Part shown: positions 35,211-47,800 of the stretch, one piece after another
Layout of the letters: every line of letters starts with the position of its first letter
How positions within the stretch are numbered: the stretch's first letter is position 1
Assembly (NCBI RefSeq): GCF_006345805.1
Contig: NC_043000.1
Coordinates: forward strand, 2,232,001-2,296,000
Length of the DNA: 64,000 nucleotides
Source: Octopus sinensis
Taxonomy: Eukaryota
Direction of reading: 5' to 3'
Program-made: the position numbers and the translations under genes
Notes under the pieces: generated by a model
What the model was told of the DNA's origin: nothing
What the model saw: the letters and a program-made list of their open reading frames with translations, nothing else
Database searches by the model: none

Positions 35211-35260
35211 TTGAAAAAATAGTGAACAGCCTTAATTGATTTTCAAACCTTATATATATA

Positions 35261-35484
35261 CAGGGTTGGCCAAAAGTCACCTGACAGTAAATGAAAACCA
35301 TTTAATTCCAAGATTTATTTATGTTTAACAACAGAATGAATTTAATAAAAGCATCTAAATATGAAGCATCATGAAAATTGTTCAAACTGAAGTCCTCCTT
35401 CATAATTGGAATGAATAAATGAAATTGAATATTAAGTATCTATGGAATTTTGATTTACTGTTGGGTGACTTTTAGCCATCCCTG
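35261..35484. mobile_element. Tc1/mariner-type MITE
   Basis: TA-CAGGG(T/A)TGGC(C/T)AAAAGTCACC..ACAGTAAAT TIRs of about 32 bp; TA on both sides. Confidence 0.78.
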
Positions 35485-35845
35485 TATATATGTATGTATG
35501 TATGTATGTCAGTCAGTCAGTCCCCCGTAAAAAGCATCCAGTGCACACTGTAAAATGGTTGGTATTTGAAAGGGCCATAAAAACCACGCCAAAACAGACA
35601 GTGGAACTTGTTGCAGCTCTTCCTATCACCAACTCTTTACTGTGGGTATTTCATTATGGCACAAGCACTATGGAGGTCATTATATTCACAACAAGGCTAA
35701 AGGGTCCGCTCAACCCTTCTTTATTTCTGTCTGTTTAACAATCACTTTACAACATATAATGGGGAAACACTTTATTGTGGTACAGGCACAAGAAGGATTA
35801 GTCCACCCCTGCATAAAACTAAAGACTCCTCACTACTTTATTATT

Positions 35846-36159
35846 CTTATTTCTTTATTGGCCACAAGGGGCTAAACATAGAGGCGACAAACAAAGACAG
35901 ACAAAGGGATTAAGTTGATTACATCGACCCCAGTGCGTAACTGGTACTTAATTTATTGACCCCAAAAGGGGTCAAATTTGACTGGGCCTGATGAAGCCTT
36001 CTGGCTTCACAGACCCCAGTAGAACCATCCAACCCATGCTAGCATGGAAAACGGACGCTAAACGATGATGATGATGATGATGATGATGATGAAAAGGATG
36101 AAAGGCAAAGTCGACCTCGACGGAATTTGAACTCAGAATGTAATGGCTGATGAAATACT
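35846..36159 (-). mobile_element. SINE family B interrupted by an E fragment (35970-36091)
   Basis: TSD AAAAGG at 35964-35969 and 36092-36097. Confidence 0.82.
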
Positions 36160-36385
36160 TATTTCTTTACTACCCACAAGGGGCCAAACACAGAGAGGAC
36201 AAACAAGGACAGTCAAACAGATTAAGTCGATTATATCGACCCCAGTGCATAACTGGTACTTTTTTAATCGACCCCGAAAGGCTGAAAGGCAAAGTCGACC
36301 TCGGCGGAATTTGAACTCAGAACGTAGCTGCAGACGAAATACTGCTAAGCATTTCGCCCGGCGTGCTAACGTTTCTGCCAGCTCA
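36160..36385 (-). mobile_element. SINE family B
   Basis: Full-length homology. Confidence 0.88.
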
Positions 36386-36494
36386 CTGCCAGTAAATTAT
36401 TATTCTCACAACCTTAGGGTTCTGCCGTGAGGGTTGAACAATAGTAAAACAAATTACCTTGTTTCATCGAGTCCACGTGCCACTTTCTTTTATC

Positions 36495-36885
36495 CCTTAT
36501 CTTTTACTTGTTTCAGTCATTAGACAGTGGCCACCACATTGGTGTTGGAGCACCACCTGGGAGAATTTTTTAGTTGAATGAATTGATCCCAGTACTTATT
36601 TTTTTTTAAGCTTGGTACTTATTCTATCAGTCTCTTTTTGCCAAGCTGCTATGTCACATGTAAACCCACCAGCACCAGTTGTCAAGCAGTCGTGGGGGCC
36701 AAACACAGACACACATACACACATGATGGACTTCTTTCAGTTTCTGTTTACCAAATTTACTTACAAGGCTTTGATTGGCCCAAGGCTATAATAGAAGACA
36801 TTTGCCTAAGGTTCCACACTGTGGGACTGAACCCAGAACCATGTGGTTGGGAAGCTCACTTCTTATCACACAGCCACGCCCTGCA
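36495..36885 (-). mobile_element. Old SINE family A
   Basis: Degenerate full-length homology. Confidence 0.75.
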
Positions 36886-37580
36886 CACTACAATTACATC
36901 TTTAATATTTTATGCTTCTTCTGTATTGTCCCACAACTGAATACATGCCAATATTACTAATGGTAAGTTTTGTATTTGAATATCAAACTAAGCAAATTAT
37001 ACAGAATGCTTCCACAGCAATATGATTTTATGAGAACAATGAATAATAAAGTATAAATGCTAATTTCACTATTACCTTTCCTCCAATACACAAGAGAGCT
37101 AGAGTCAGCACCAATGCACACAACCACATTCATCTACACTTCACATTACCTTCACCTTTCAGAAAACCCTCCAGTGGTTCACCCCATCCAATCGTCTAAT
37201 CAGAATACCGAACCACTGTTATTGTATAGTATACTATAAATTCATCTGTATTATGTATTATATAATGAAAACTGAATAAAATATGACTGCATAATTATAA
37301 TAAATAAAGAAGCAAATTTTTATTGATAAAACGTGGACAAAGGATAGCTAATAATGTCTCTGTTCGTAGATATTGAACATATGAAAAAACAAACTAGGAA
37401 TTAAAAAGTAACTATATGCCATACCCCTGCATATACCGTGTTCTTATTTTCATTACTGATTACAATGGAGAACAGTGAAAAGCATCTCTTATGTTTCTAA
37501 CACTCAATATTTCCTACTGAAACTTGTGGTAATGTTTGGAAAACAAAATTGATAATAAAGTTATTTTAAAATATTATAAA

Positions 37581-37979
37581 CTAGCAGCATAGCCCGGCGT
37601 TGCCCGGGTATGTAAGAGCCCCTAGTAGGCAACGATTAATCCCAATCTAGTTCTTTCCCTCTAGGGAACGAAGGCGCATGTGTAGGCTGCAATGTCTTCT
37701 CTTCACTCGAATACTTCTATGTATACGAAGTTCCTAGCTGTCTCCCGACAGAAAATGTGTTGCATATAAAAAGCTTAGATTCTCGACCCCATGTCGAATT
37801 TATCGATGTTTTCAGAACTGGGGGAACTTTTCAAAATTTTCGCTGCGTTAGTTTTGAATTATGACATTGGGCTATAAGTGTGTCAAATTTCATCAGAATC
37901 GGTAGAAAGCCATGATCAGGGTGAGGGTACAACCTGACAGACACACAGACAGACAAACTGCTGTTTATATATACAGAGA
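37581..37979 (-). mobile_element. Non-autonomous Helitron, second family
   Basis: Minus strand TC...CTAG between A and T; hairpin CCCGGGCAACGCCGGG; (CAGA)-type repeat near the 5' end. Confidence 0.78.
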
Positions 37980-38334
37980 TGTATTGTAAACATGTTTAGG
38001 CTGTGTGGTTAGGGAACTCATTTTGCAATGATGTAGTTTTGGGTTCAACCCCACTTTGTGGCAACTTTGTTGAGTGTCTTCTACTGTAGTACCAGACCAA
38101 CTAATGCCTTGTGAATGAATTTGGTATACAAAAACCATGTGAAAACATATTGTAGTGCAGCTCTTGGTCTTGCCAGCTCTTGTTGAACTATCCAACCCAT
38201 GCCAGCATGGAAAATGAACATTAGATAATGATGATGGTAAGTGTGGAAAGGAAATTTGCTTAGGGGATGCAAACCCAGTTTTTCAGGAGGGTATTCAAGT
38301 GTTTCTCTGCATCCCCTATTCCCAAGCCTATGTG

Positions 38335-38367
<33 letters not shown>

Positions 38368-38566
38368 ATAATAACAAAGGTGGCCAGACACAATATAAAA
38401 CCAAAAAAGAAAATTCATTTGTCTCTAATAGTGACTGAGGGTGCAATGTAGCTCTTACATTGCTAGAAACAAAAGTCAAAGACCCTTATAGTCACTAAAA
38501 GCACATTGTCTATATATTGATAGGAGAGATAACTGCCCCACAGCAAGCGAGATCACTATATATATG

Positions 38567-38603
<37 letters not shown>

Positions 38604-38604
38604 G

Positions 38605-38657
<53 letters not shown>

Positions 38658-38694
38658 ATATATGTATATTATATATATATATATATATATATTA

Positions 38695-39442
38695 TATATT
38701 ATATTGAGGGTACTACTATTCGTAGATACCAACACGCTAAGAGGGACCAATGCGGTCAAAACTACTAAAAATAAACAAAATTTTACCGAATGCAAAACTT
38801 CAAAACACATCATTTTAAAAAAGAATTCAGTTACATATCACATGTGATTTCGCATTTAATGCAGAATATGCATTTCATGTTCATCAGTGCAACAAACTCA
38901 AGAAATATAAGAAAAAACATAACATTACAAACTCGATAGCCAACCGTAGAATTCGTCATAGCATGTACGAATGTTTATCCTTACATATCTATGAAAATGG
39001 CGGGCTGACTACTGTTATTTTTTTTTTAAGATTTTATCCTCAATTGTTAATTTATATTTTTCACCGGAATAGTTCAATACTGAATTTTTATTCCGACTAG
39101 ACAATTTGTTACCGAAATGCATTGCGAAGAAGCCCGCCATTTTCATAGATATGTAAAGATAAACATTCGTACAAGCTACGACGGATTCTACGGTTGGCTA
39201 TCGAGTTTGTAATGTTATGATTTCTCTTATATTTCTTGAGTTTGTTGCACTGATGAACATGAAATGCATATTCTGCATTAAATGCGAAATCACATGTGAT
39301 ATGTAACTGAATTCTTTTTTAAAATGATGTGTTTTGAAGTTTTGCATTCGGTAAAATTTTGTTTATTTTTAGTAGTTTTGACCGCATTGGTCCCTCTTAG
39401 CGTGTTGGTATCTACGAATAGTAGTACCCTCAATATAATATA
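38695..39442. repeat. 312-bp near-perfect inverted repeat with a 124-bp spacer
   Basis: 38695-39006 is the reverse complement of 39131-39442; about 6 mismatches seen. Confidence 0.95.
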
Positions 39443-39564
39443 AATGAATATTTTCAAAGAGGAAGAATTTACGGATTTTTTCTCTTACGAGGTTTTTCAC
39501 GCTGACTACTGATAATTTCTTTTAAAGATTTTATCCTCAATTGTTAATATATATATATATATAT

Positions 39565-40340
39565 ATCATCATCATCATCATCATCATCGTTTAGCGTCCA
39601 CTTTCCATGCTAGCATGGGTTGGACGGTTCAACTGGGGTCTGTGAAGCTGGAAGGCTTCGTCAGGCCCAGTCAGATCTGGCAGTGTTTCTACGGCTGGAT
39701 GCCCTTCCTAACGCCAACCACTCCGCGAGTGTAGTGGGTGTTTTTTACGTGCCACCTGCACAGGTGCCAGACAGAGCTGGCGAACGGCCACGAACGGATG
39801 GTGCTTTTACGTGTCACCGGCACGGGGCCAGGCGATGCTGGCAACGGACACGAACGGATGGTGCTTTTACGTGCCACCGACACGGGGCCAGACAAAGCTG
39901 GCAACCGGCCACGAATGGACGGTGCTTTTACGTGTCACCGGCACGGGGGCCAGCCGAGGCTAGCAACGGACGTGAACAGATGGTGCTTTTACGTGCCACC
40001 GACATGGTTGCCAGACAGAGCTGGCAAATGGCCACGAGCGGACGGTGCTTTTACGTGTCACCAGCACGGGGGCCAGCCGAGGCTGGCAATGGACACGAAC
40101 GGATGGTGCTTTTACGTGTCACCGACACGGGGCCAGACAGAGCTGGCAAACGGCCACGAATGGATGGTGCTTTTACGTGCCACCGACACGGGGCCAGACA
40201 GAGCTGGCAAACGGCCACGAACGGACGGTGCTTTTACGTGTCACCGGCACGGGGCCAGGCGAGGCTGGCAACGAACACGAACGGATGGTGCTTTTACGTG
40301 CCACCGACACGGGGCCAGGCAGAGCTGGCAAACGGCCATA
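39565..40340 (-). mobile_element. RTE-LINE 3' end (family E) with about 10 units of 61-62 bp
   Basis: (CAT)n, the E terminal segment, tandem TTTTACGTG(C/T)CACC... units. Confidence 0.82.
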
Positions 40341-40346
40341 TATATA

Positions 40347-40517
40347 CTTTATAATTAGGGTTCAGCAAAGATACGCTCCACCACACACCAAAGTTTAGAA
40401 ATAGCAGCCAAAAAAACCTTAGCTATTTCTTCTACTTTAAAAAGGAACTCCCAGAAAAACTATTTATAAACTTTGGCATGTGGCAAAGCATATCTTTGCC
40501 GAACCCTAATTATAAAG
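40347..40517. mobile_element. TA-flanked MITE with ~58-bp TIRs
   Basis: CTTTATAATTAGGGTTC(A/G)GCAAAGATA(C/T)GCT... mirrored. Confidence 0.78.
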
Positions 40518-41127
40518 TATTACTTAAGTTTACCGTGAAAGTTTTTCATGCCGAATTCTACTTGGTGAAGTTATTGATTACTTCTTAATTAATTAATTTT
40601 ACCCTTTGTTGGATAAGAACAGCAATGCAAAAAATGGAGGTCAAATGGTAAGCCTGCATGATGTCCAACATCATGTTCTCCATCTTCATGTATTTTTTCC
40701 TTTCACCATAATCCTACTATCTCCTGATATGTAACCTTGAGCACTACCTTTACAGCTTATTTCTCTACCATATCATATACTCCCCATTTCCCATCTAGTT
40801 TTGGATTTTTTATTTTCCCTTTTCACCTATCTCTTTATGGTTCTGAAAACAGAATTAAACCTGAATCTTGTATCCTACAGAGTTGGATGTCACACATGGA
40901 ATCTCAACATCATGTAACCTGTTCTATGGCAGGGACATAGATCAGAAGTCACAAAATATTTCCAAATCTAGGATGTAAATGGAATGAACTTTGCCTCTTA
41001 TTACACAATTATATTTATCAAATGAGTAAACTATAGTTATATAGTGTGTATATATATATATATACACACACACACACATAACTGTGGATGGTTCCCAACC
41101 ATGTGGTTTCAAGTTCAGACCTCTAGT

Positions 41128-41525
41128 ATTCTTTTATTCTTTTACTTGTTTCAGTCATTTGACTGCAGCCATGCTGGAGCACTGCCTTTAGTAGAGCAAA
41201 TCAATCCCAGGACTTATTCTTTGTAAGCATAGTACTTATTCTATTGGTCTCTTTCGCTGAACCACTAAGTGTCGGAGACATAAACACGCCAGCATCGGTT
41301 GTCAAGTGATGTTGGGAAGACAGACACAGACACACAAACATACACACACACACATATATATACATATATATGATGAACTTCTTTCGGTTTCCGTCTACCA
41401 AATCCACTTACAAAGCTTTGGTCGGCTCGAGGCTATAGTAGAAGACACTTGCCCAAGATGCCATGCAGTGGGACTGAACCCGGAACCATGTGGTTGGTAA
41501 GCAAGCTACTTACCACACAGCCACT
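41128..41525 (-). mobile_element. SINE family A
   Basis: Full-length homology. Confidence 0.88.
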
Positions 41526-41897
41526 GATATTTTTTTTTTTTTTGCCAAAGAAGCCAAATAAACACATGCACTATATATACATTGTTCACTCATTACTGTT
41601 CTTATTCTAACTCATGTCCATTTTCTGAAAATCTTTTGTCACACATCTGTAGCTTCCACAGTGACACTTTCTGTCTTCATGTGTGCTCATATAAATATAA
41701 GATCCAAGGATTGATGTGTTGGAAGAAAGTTAGCTTCAAGCAAGCTGTAGTAAATATAAAAACAACTTTCAGGGATGATAGTGGTTTATTGAGACAGAAG
41801 GTTGTGGATTTTTCCATATTGATGTACAATAAACTGAAAAAGTTCTTTATATATTTCACAGTAGGCAACCAGGATTGCCAAGCATGCGGATAAGAAT

Positions 41898-42314
41898 ACA
41901 AGAGTTAAGGAATAGAGTGGATAAGATCTGGGCTACATATGTTTTATACCGAGTGAAACGTCAGAAGTGGTAAATATCCAAGTGAGGTGTATACCTATTT
42001 CTTTATTATCCACAAGGGGCTAAACACAGAGGGGACAAACAAGGACAGACATAGGTATTAAGTCGATTACATCGACCCCAGTGTGTAACTGGTACTTAAT
42101 TTATCGACCCCGAAAGGATGAAAGGCAAAGTCGACCTTGGCGGAATTTGTCCACAGGCTATTCATCAGGCCAAGGGTATTTTGATTAAATGGTGTAACTG
42201 TCATTCCATTTAATCAAGATACCCTTGGCCTGATGAGTCACCTGCTGTATACACCTTGCTTGGATATTTACCACTTCTGAGGTTCTGGACCTTACTCCAT
42301 TCCTTAACTCTTGT
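41898..42314. repeat. Fold-back element interrupted by a truncated SINE B (41997-42149)
   Basis: Inverted pairs 41961-41994/42247-42280 and 42162-42192/42206-42236. Confidence 0.8.
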
Positions 42315-42318
42315 GTAT

Positions 42319-42386
<68 letters not shown>

Positions 42387-42756
42387 GATGGGCTTCTCTC
42401 TGTCTACCAAATCCACTCACAAGGCTTTGGTCAAACCAAGACTATAGTGGAAGACACTTGCCCAAGGTGCCACACAGTGGGACTGAACCCAGAACCATGT
42501 GGTTGGGAAGTAAGCTTCTTAAAATACAGCTACACAAATAATCTTTTTTTTAATATTCTACTGGCCTTCCCACATTGGAAGCTTTGCTCACAGGATCTTT
42601 GCCTATCGGAGAATGATGAACAAAGTCACTGTTTTTCACTCAGGCAGTGTAAATGAAGACATATGAAACTTCATTCTCACACAAAAACACACCATTCATT
42701 CATCCATTCATACACACATCAATATATATATATTATATATATATATATATATATAT

Positions 42757-42922
42757 GTCTTCCCTTCTCGGGATCTTTCCTTCTCCTATGTTTCTGACGA
42801 AGAGCTCCGCTCGAAACGTTAAACCCTCCTTCTTCCCTTCTTTCCTGAGCGTCCAATAATACTATATTTGTTCCACGTCCTCGCGTTGTTGTGTTTTTAT
42901 GTGTTTTCTTGTTTGGATTAAC
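42757..42922 (+). mobile_element. Short TA-flanked Penelope-like remnant
   Basis: Bounded by (TA)n, carries a minimal hammerhead fold; the Penelope assignment is inference. Confidence 0.55.
42790..42824 (+). ncRNA. Minimal type I hammerhead ribozyme motif
   Basis: GTTT-CTGACGA-A-GAGC(TCC)GCTC-GAAA-CG-TT-AAAC: both core strands intact, stems I and II pair, palindromic stem III. Confidence 0.7.
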
Positions 42923-42933
42923 TATATATATCT

Positions 42934-43096
42934 CTACACTCGCGGAGTGGTTGGCGTTAGGAAGGGCATCCAGCTGTAGAAACACTGCCAGATCAGACTG
43001 GAGCCTGGTGCAGCCCCTGGCTTCCCAGACCCCGGTCGAACCGTCCAACCCGTGCTAGCGCGGAAAACGAATGTTAAACGATGATGATGATGATGA
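42934..43096 (+). mobile_element. Short 5'-truncated family E copy (CCGTGCTAGCGCGG variant)
   Basis: Near-identical to 10666-10821. Confidence 0.82.
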
Positions 43097-43859
43097 TATT
43101 GTTTTATGTTATCTTGCATGATATTATCCAGCATAAATGTCACTCATTTAAGTACATTAGATTGAGATTCAAGGTGCAATGTGGTTGCTACTTCTATATT
43201 CCTTGCAAATTGCGTGGCCAAAGAGATGGTCCTTCACCTGGGTTGTTAGTAGTGATGATAATCTGATAATGAATAGCATATTACAGGGTATTTGGGATGT
43301 GAGCGGAGACGGTGGTGGTGGTGGTGGGGGAGGCGTCTTAAGACTGAAAGAGATGAAAGTGTCATTTATAATACAGAAGAAGCAGGTGAAGAGTATTATG
43401 ACAGGAAAAACACGATGATTATAACAATGCATGTTGGAGGAGATAAAGCTGACGATGAGGTTGATGATATCGATGATAGCAATGATGATGACGCTGATAA
43501 TGGGGTGGGGTGGGTGGGGGTAATGACATCGTTAAATATACCAACGACAGGGTAATGCAAACGGCATTGATGACAATCAGGTAGATCAGTGCTTCTGATG
43601 TTAATACATACACTTCCACCCCTCCTCCCACGGCCACCACCACCTCTTCATTTACCTGCCTCAAGTGTCACTTGCTCTCTGCAGCCTGATGTAATAACTG
43701 CAACGTCTCTTAAGAACAAAACTGCATTCGTTGCTCATTAGACAATTGATGCAATTCTTCTTTTTGCCAATGCATTCTACTTCAGCTACATTGCTCTGGC
43801 AATAATTGCATGTTCTGTTGCATCACTTACATGCACACAACCTCATGCACACACATGAC

Positions 43860-44461
43860 TACATACACCTATAAATTTTATACATATATATATATATATA
43901 TTGTGTGTATATATTATTATATATTGTGTGTATATATATATATATATTATATATGTATATATATATATATATATTATATATATTGTGTGTGTATATATAT
44001 ATATATATATTGTGGTGTATATATATATATATATTATATATGTATATATATATATAATATATGTATATATATATATATATTGTGTGTATATATATATCAT
44101 ATATGTATATATATATATACATATATATTGTGTGTGTGTATATATATATATACACATATATATATATATGTAATATATATATATTACATATATATATAAT
44201 ATATATTACATATATATATAATATATATTTCATATATATTATATATATTACATATATGTATTATATATATACACACACACACACACATACACTCTCATGC
44301 ATACATGTATATATCATACATATATATAAACATATTTACACATGCACACACATGCATGTTTAAATTAATCGGTTGTTTTCCTAGTTATATAATCGTTGAA
44401 TTTTTTCTCTCCAGTCATTTCAGCCTGATACAACTGTATCTTATGAATGCGCCTGTGTATG

Positions 44462-44492
<31 letters not shown>

Positions 44493-44691
44493 ATATATAC
44501 ATACATACACACACTTACATGAATACATTTTTGGGAGAATATGTATTGGAGCGTAATGAAATTCATTGAGTTCTAAACAAATGGTTACATGTAGTTCCTG
44601 GTAAATACACACACAAAAGAATAACCCTCCCCACACTCACACATGTATGCATATCTATATGTATGTATCTGTGAGTATATCTATATCTATC

Positions 44692-44722
<31 letters not shown>

Positions 44723-44730
44723 CTATAATG

Positions 44731-44773
<43 letters not shown>

Positions 44774-44780
44774 CTTACAT
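43860..44780. repeat. TA/TG/CA/CTAT microsatellite cluster
   Basis: Direct reading; interrupted at about 44360-44455 and 44520-44640. Confidence 0.9.
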
Positions 44781-44794
44781 ATTAATATATGCAC

Positions 44795-45340
44795 ACACAG
44801 ATACACATGTAATGGAATCTTAGACAGACTATCCAAGAAGGTAAGTTTAATATGTAATAGATGCATTGGAGCAGTAGATATTAGGAACATACAGGAAATA
44901 GTTTCTCTCAAATGCCCAGGTGGCTCACTAGAAGTAGTTGATAGCTTTTGTTACCTAGGAGATGCAATTAGCAAGGGACGTGGTTGTTATGAAAGTATGT
45001 ATAGCAGCTAAAGTAAGAAAGGGTTAGAGAAAGTTCAGGGAGCTACTACTACTGCTCACAACAAAGGTCTTTTCCCTTAGAATGAAGGGCAGGTTGTATG
45101 TCACTTGTGTTAGAACTGCAATACAGCATGGTAGTGAGACATGGGCCTTGAATGCAGAGGACTTAAGAGGAGTGAAAAGAAATGAAGCAAACATGCTCTG
45201 TTGGATGTGCAATGTGAAGTTTGCATGAAAGACATAGTACAGGGGTGCTGAGTGAAAAACTGGGTATAAGAGGAATCAGATGTGGTGTGCAAGAAAGAAG
45301 ACTGTGCTGGTATGGGCATGTGCTGTGAATGGATGTGGCT
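44795..45340 (+). pseudogene. Decayed RTE-clade LINE ORF2 fragment
   Basis: CNRC...GSLEVVDSFCYLGDAIS...KFRELL.LL....SLRMKGRLY..CVRTA..HGSETWA...MLCWMC...LGIRGIRCGVQERRL.WYGHV, with stops. Confidence 0.85.
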
Positions 45341-45469
45341 CCTACAGAGCCAGATCCACTAGAGACCTATTCTCTTATGTTATGCATCAACGGGTCCACT
45401 CTTTAGATAAGTTTTGATGAAACCAATATCCAATGTATCAACAAAAGCATCTGATTGACTCAGGTATGC

Positions 45470-46190
45470 AAATAATCTATCAAAGCTTCTCATTTTTAGG
45501 TTTTACTCATCTCTTATCTTTTGAATCAGTAGCTTCCTACTTGATTACATCATCATGACATGCATTTATGGAGCACTTTTCACCCACTCTTGGTCAGTTG
45601 TGTTATCCCCCAGGGTTTATTTCCTTCTTCCTTCTATACATCAATGGTATTCTTGCAATCACAACCAAAAGTACACTCAAATGACACAACCCTTTATTCT
45701 TTATTCCTCCCTAATTTTCTCCAAACAATGCTTTGTTGTTTGGAGACTAGACACCACATACCAAGCCTACATTGATTCCATAAATAAAGACCTTGACAGC
45801 GTCCTCCAGAGGGTCCAAGCCAACCTTGTTTTTTTTTCAACAGCCCCCCCAAAAACTCAAGCACTACTCATATAAAGAAAACAGCAACACACCACATCAA
45901 TCATTTAGAGCCTTCATAGTCACTTCAACTGGTCGGCCTCCCTATTATCAAGAATCTATCCTGATGAAAGTTCATCCTTAGCATAGCTAAGACTAAGTCC
46001 TAAAGATAGGCCCTTCTCTTCAATGCAAGAAAATATTTCAATCCTCACCAGATGCTGACATTCTACATGGTTCAAATAGGACCCATGATGTAGTACTGCT
46101 CCTACATCTGGGGGCAGTGCTGCTGTTATGCACACTGATATCCTGAATCACATCGAGAGAAGGACCACTATACTGACTGGCATTTAATCA
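45470..46190 (+). pseudogene. Decayed CR1-clade LINE reverse-transcriptase fragment
   Basis: IPQG, FLLYIN, HSNDTTL (YADD site degenerate), SINKDL...NLVFF..KTQ, YMVQIGPMM*YCSYIWG across frameshifts. Confidence 0.75.
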
Positions 46191-46899
46191 CCAAGGGAAA
46201 CAACCTATCTTATTAACCACAGGTTTATGTTCTTCTCTGCAATATTCTGGCATAAATTTTAACCATGATTGAATAAAGTAAACTAAAAGCTAAAAAAATT
46301 AAAAAGATTAAGTCATTATTTGATGTCTAAAATGAACTAAACAACTAAAAAATGCATATATAAAATATAAGTATATATTATATATAAATGTATTATGTAT
46401 GTACATATAAGTAATATAATTATATATTGTGCATGTACATATATGTTTGTGTGTGTATGTTTTCATGCTTGAGTGTATGTATGTAAGTTTGTATGTATGT
46501 GTATGAATAAAACCACTGTCTGTACCATCTAATATACTGAAGAAATTATTAATGTCTTGTATACAGAAGACCCTATTGCTGTCAGCAAGCCAAGTTATAA
46601 AAGCAAAAATATGTATGATAAAAATATGCAGATAATGAAATTCACAAAATATCATATCTTAATTTACAAATTTCACTAACCTGTCTTGATTCAGAGCATC
46701 CTTAGTTTCCTCAGACACCATTTATTACCTTATATATGCACACACACTCACACACATACAGTATATATATATATATATATATAAAGTACACACACATATA
46801 ATTCTTTAACCAAATTTCAGACTATTTTTGTCCTGAACATACTAGACCGTCACTACAATTTCACTCAGTATTTTATTAAAACTGTTTATATACAAGCAT

Positions 46900-47275
46900 A
46901 GGCATGGCTGTGATGTCAAAAAGCTTGCTTCGTAATGAAATGGTTTCAGGTTCAGTCCCACTGTGCAGCATCTTGGGCACATGTCTTTTACTCTAGCCTC
47001 AGGCTGATCAGATGTCTTGTGAGTTTAATTGATAGAAACTGCATAGAAGCCCACTGTGTGCATGTGTGTGCTTCTGAGTTTTGCCACTACTCTGCTGTGC
47101 AACCAGTGTTTGTTTGTTTACATCTCTGTAAATTAGCAGTTCAGCAAAAGAGATTAATGCAATAAGTACAAGATATAAAAAAAGAAAAAGTACCAAGAGT
47201 GATTTTTTAAAATTAAAAACCTTTCAGGGCACTGCCTCAGCATGGCCACAGTCCAGGGGCTGAAACAAGTAAAAG
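46900..47275 (+). mobile_element. Old SINE family A
   Basis: GGTTCAGTCCCACTGTGCAGCATCTTGGGCA head; GAAACAAGTAAAAG tail. Confidence 0.7.
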
Positions 47276-47461
47276 ACAGAATGTGGACAATATTCTTGTC
47301 ATTGAAAAATGTGAAGAAATTAACCCTCATCTCTCCCTCTAACTCTCTCCCACCTTCTTTGTTTTACTGAGATAGCCAAGTATCTCCTTGATAGTAAGAA
47401 GGCTACCTTTCTCATTTTTTAATCTTTCAGTTCTGCTCTTCCTCTCAACCAAGCGGGCCTT

Positions 47462-47800
47462 GTCTTGTGATCTCACAAGGTATTGGTGCCACATAAAAAA
47501 CACCCGTTTTGCTGTCATGTAAAAAACACCTGTGCTGATGCCATATAAAAATCACCAGCACAAGGAGTACCCATGCCAGTGCCACATATAAAGCACCTGT
47601 GCTGGCCCCAGGTAGTAGCACTGGTACTGGTGCCACATAAATAGCACCCAGTGTTCTCTGTAAAGTGGTTGGTGTTAGGAAGGACATCCAGCCACAGAAA
47701 CCATGCCATAACAGACGATCAGAGCCTAGTGCAGCTCTCCAGCTGACCAGTTCTTGTCAAATCGTCCAACTCATGCCAGCGTGGAAAATGAACATTTGAC
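47462..47800 (+). mobile_element. Family H with short degenerate GGTGCCACATAAA repeats
   Basis: GGTTGGTGTTAGGAAGGACATCCAGCC...CATGCCAGCGTGG. Confidence 0.6.

Noticed and set aside
38730-38775. Hammerhead in the palindrome arm (CTAAGAG-GGACC-AATGC-GGTC-AAAA), its relative at about 33845-33870, and CTGATGA-ACAT-GAAA at about 39250
   Set aside because: The core strands are altered and no stem I pairing was found; too weak to count.
42229-42236. CTGATGA as a hammerhead core (also at 58393 and in the E copy at 35988)
   Set aside because: No GAAA strand or stems in the right register.
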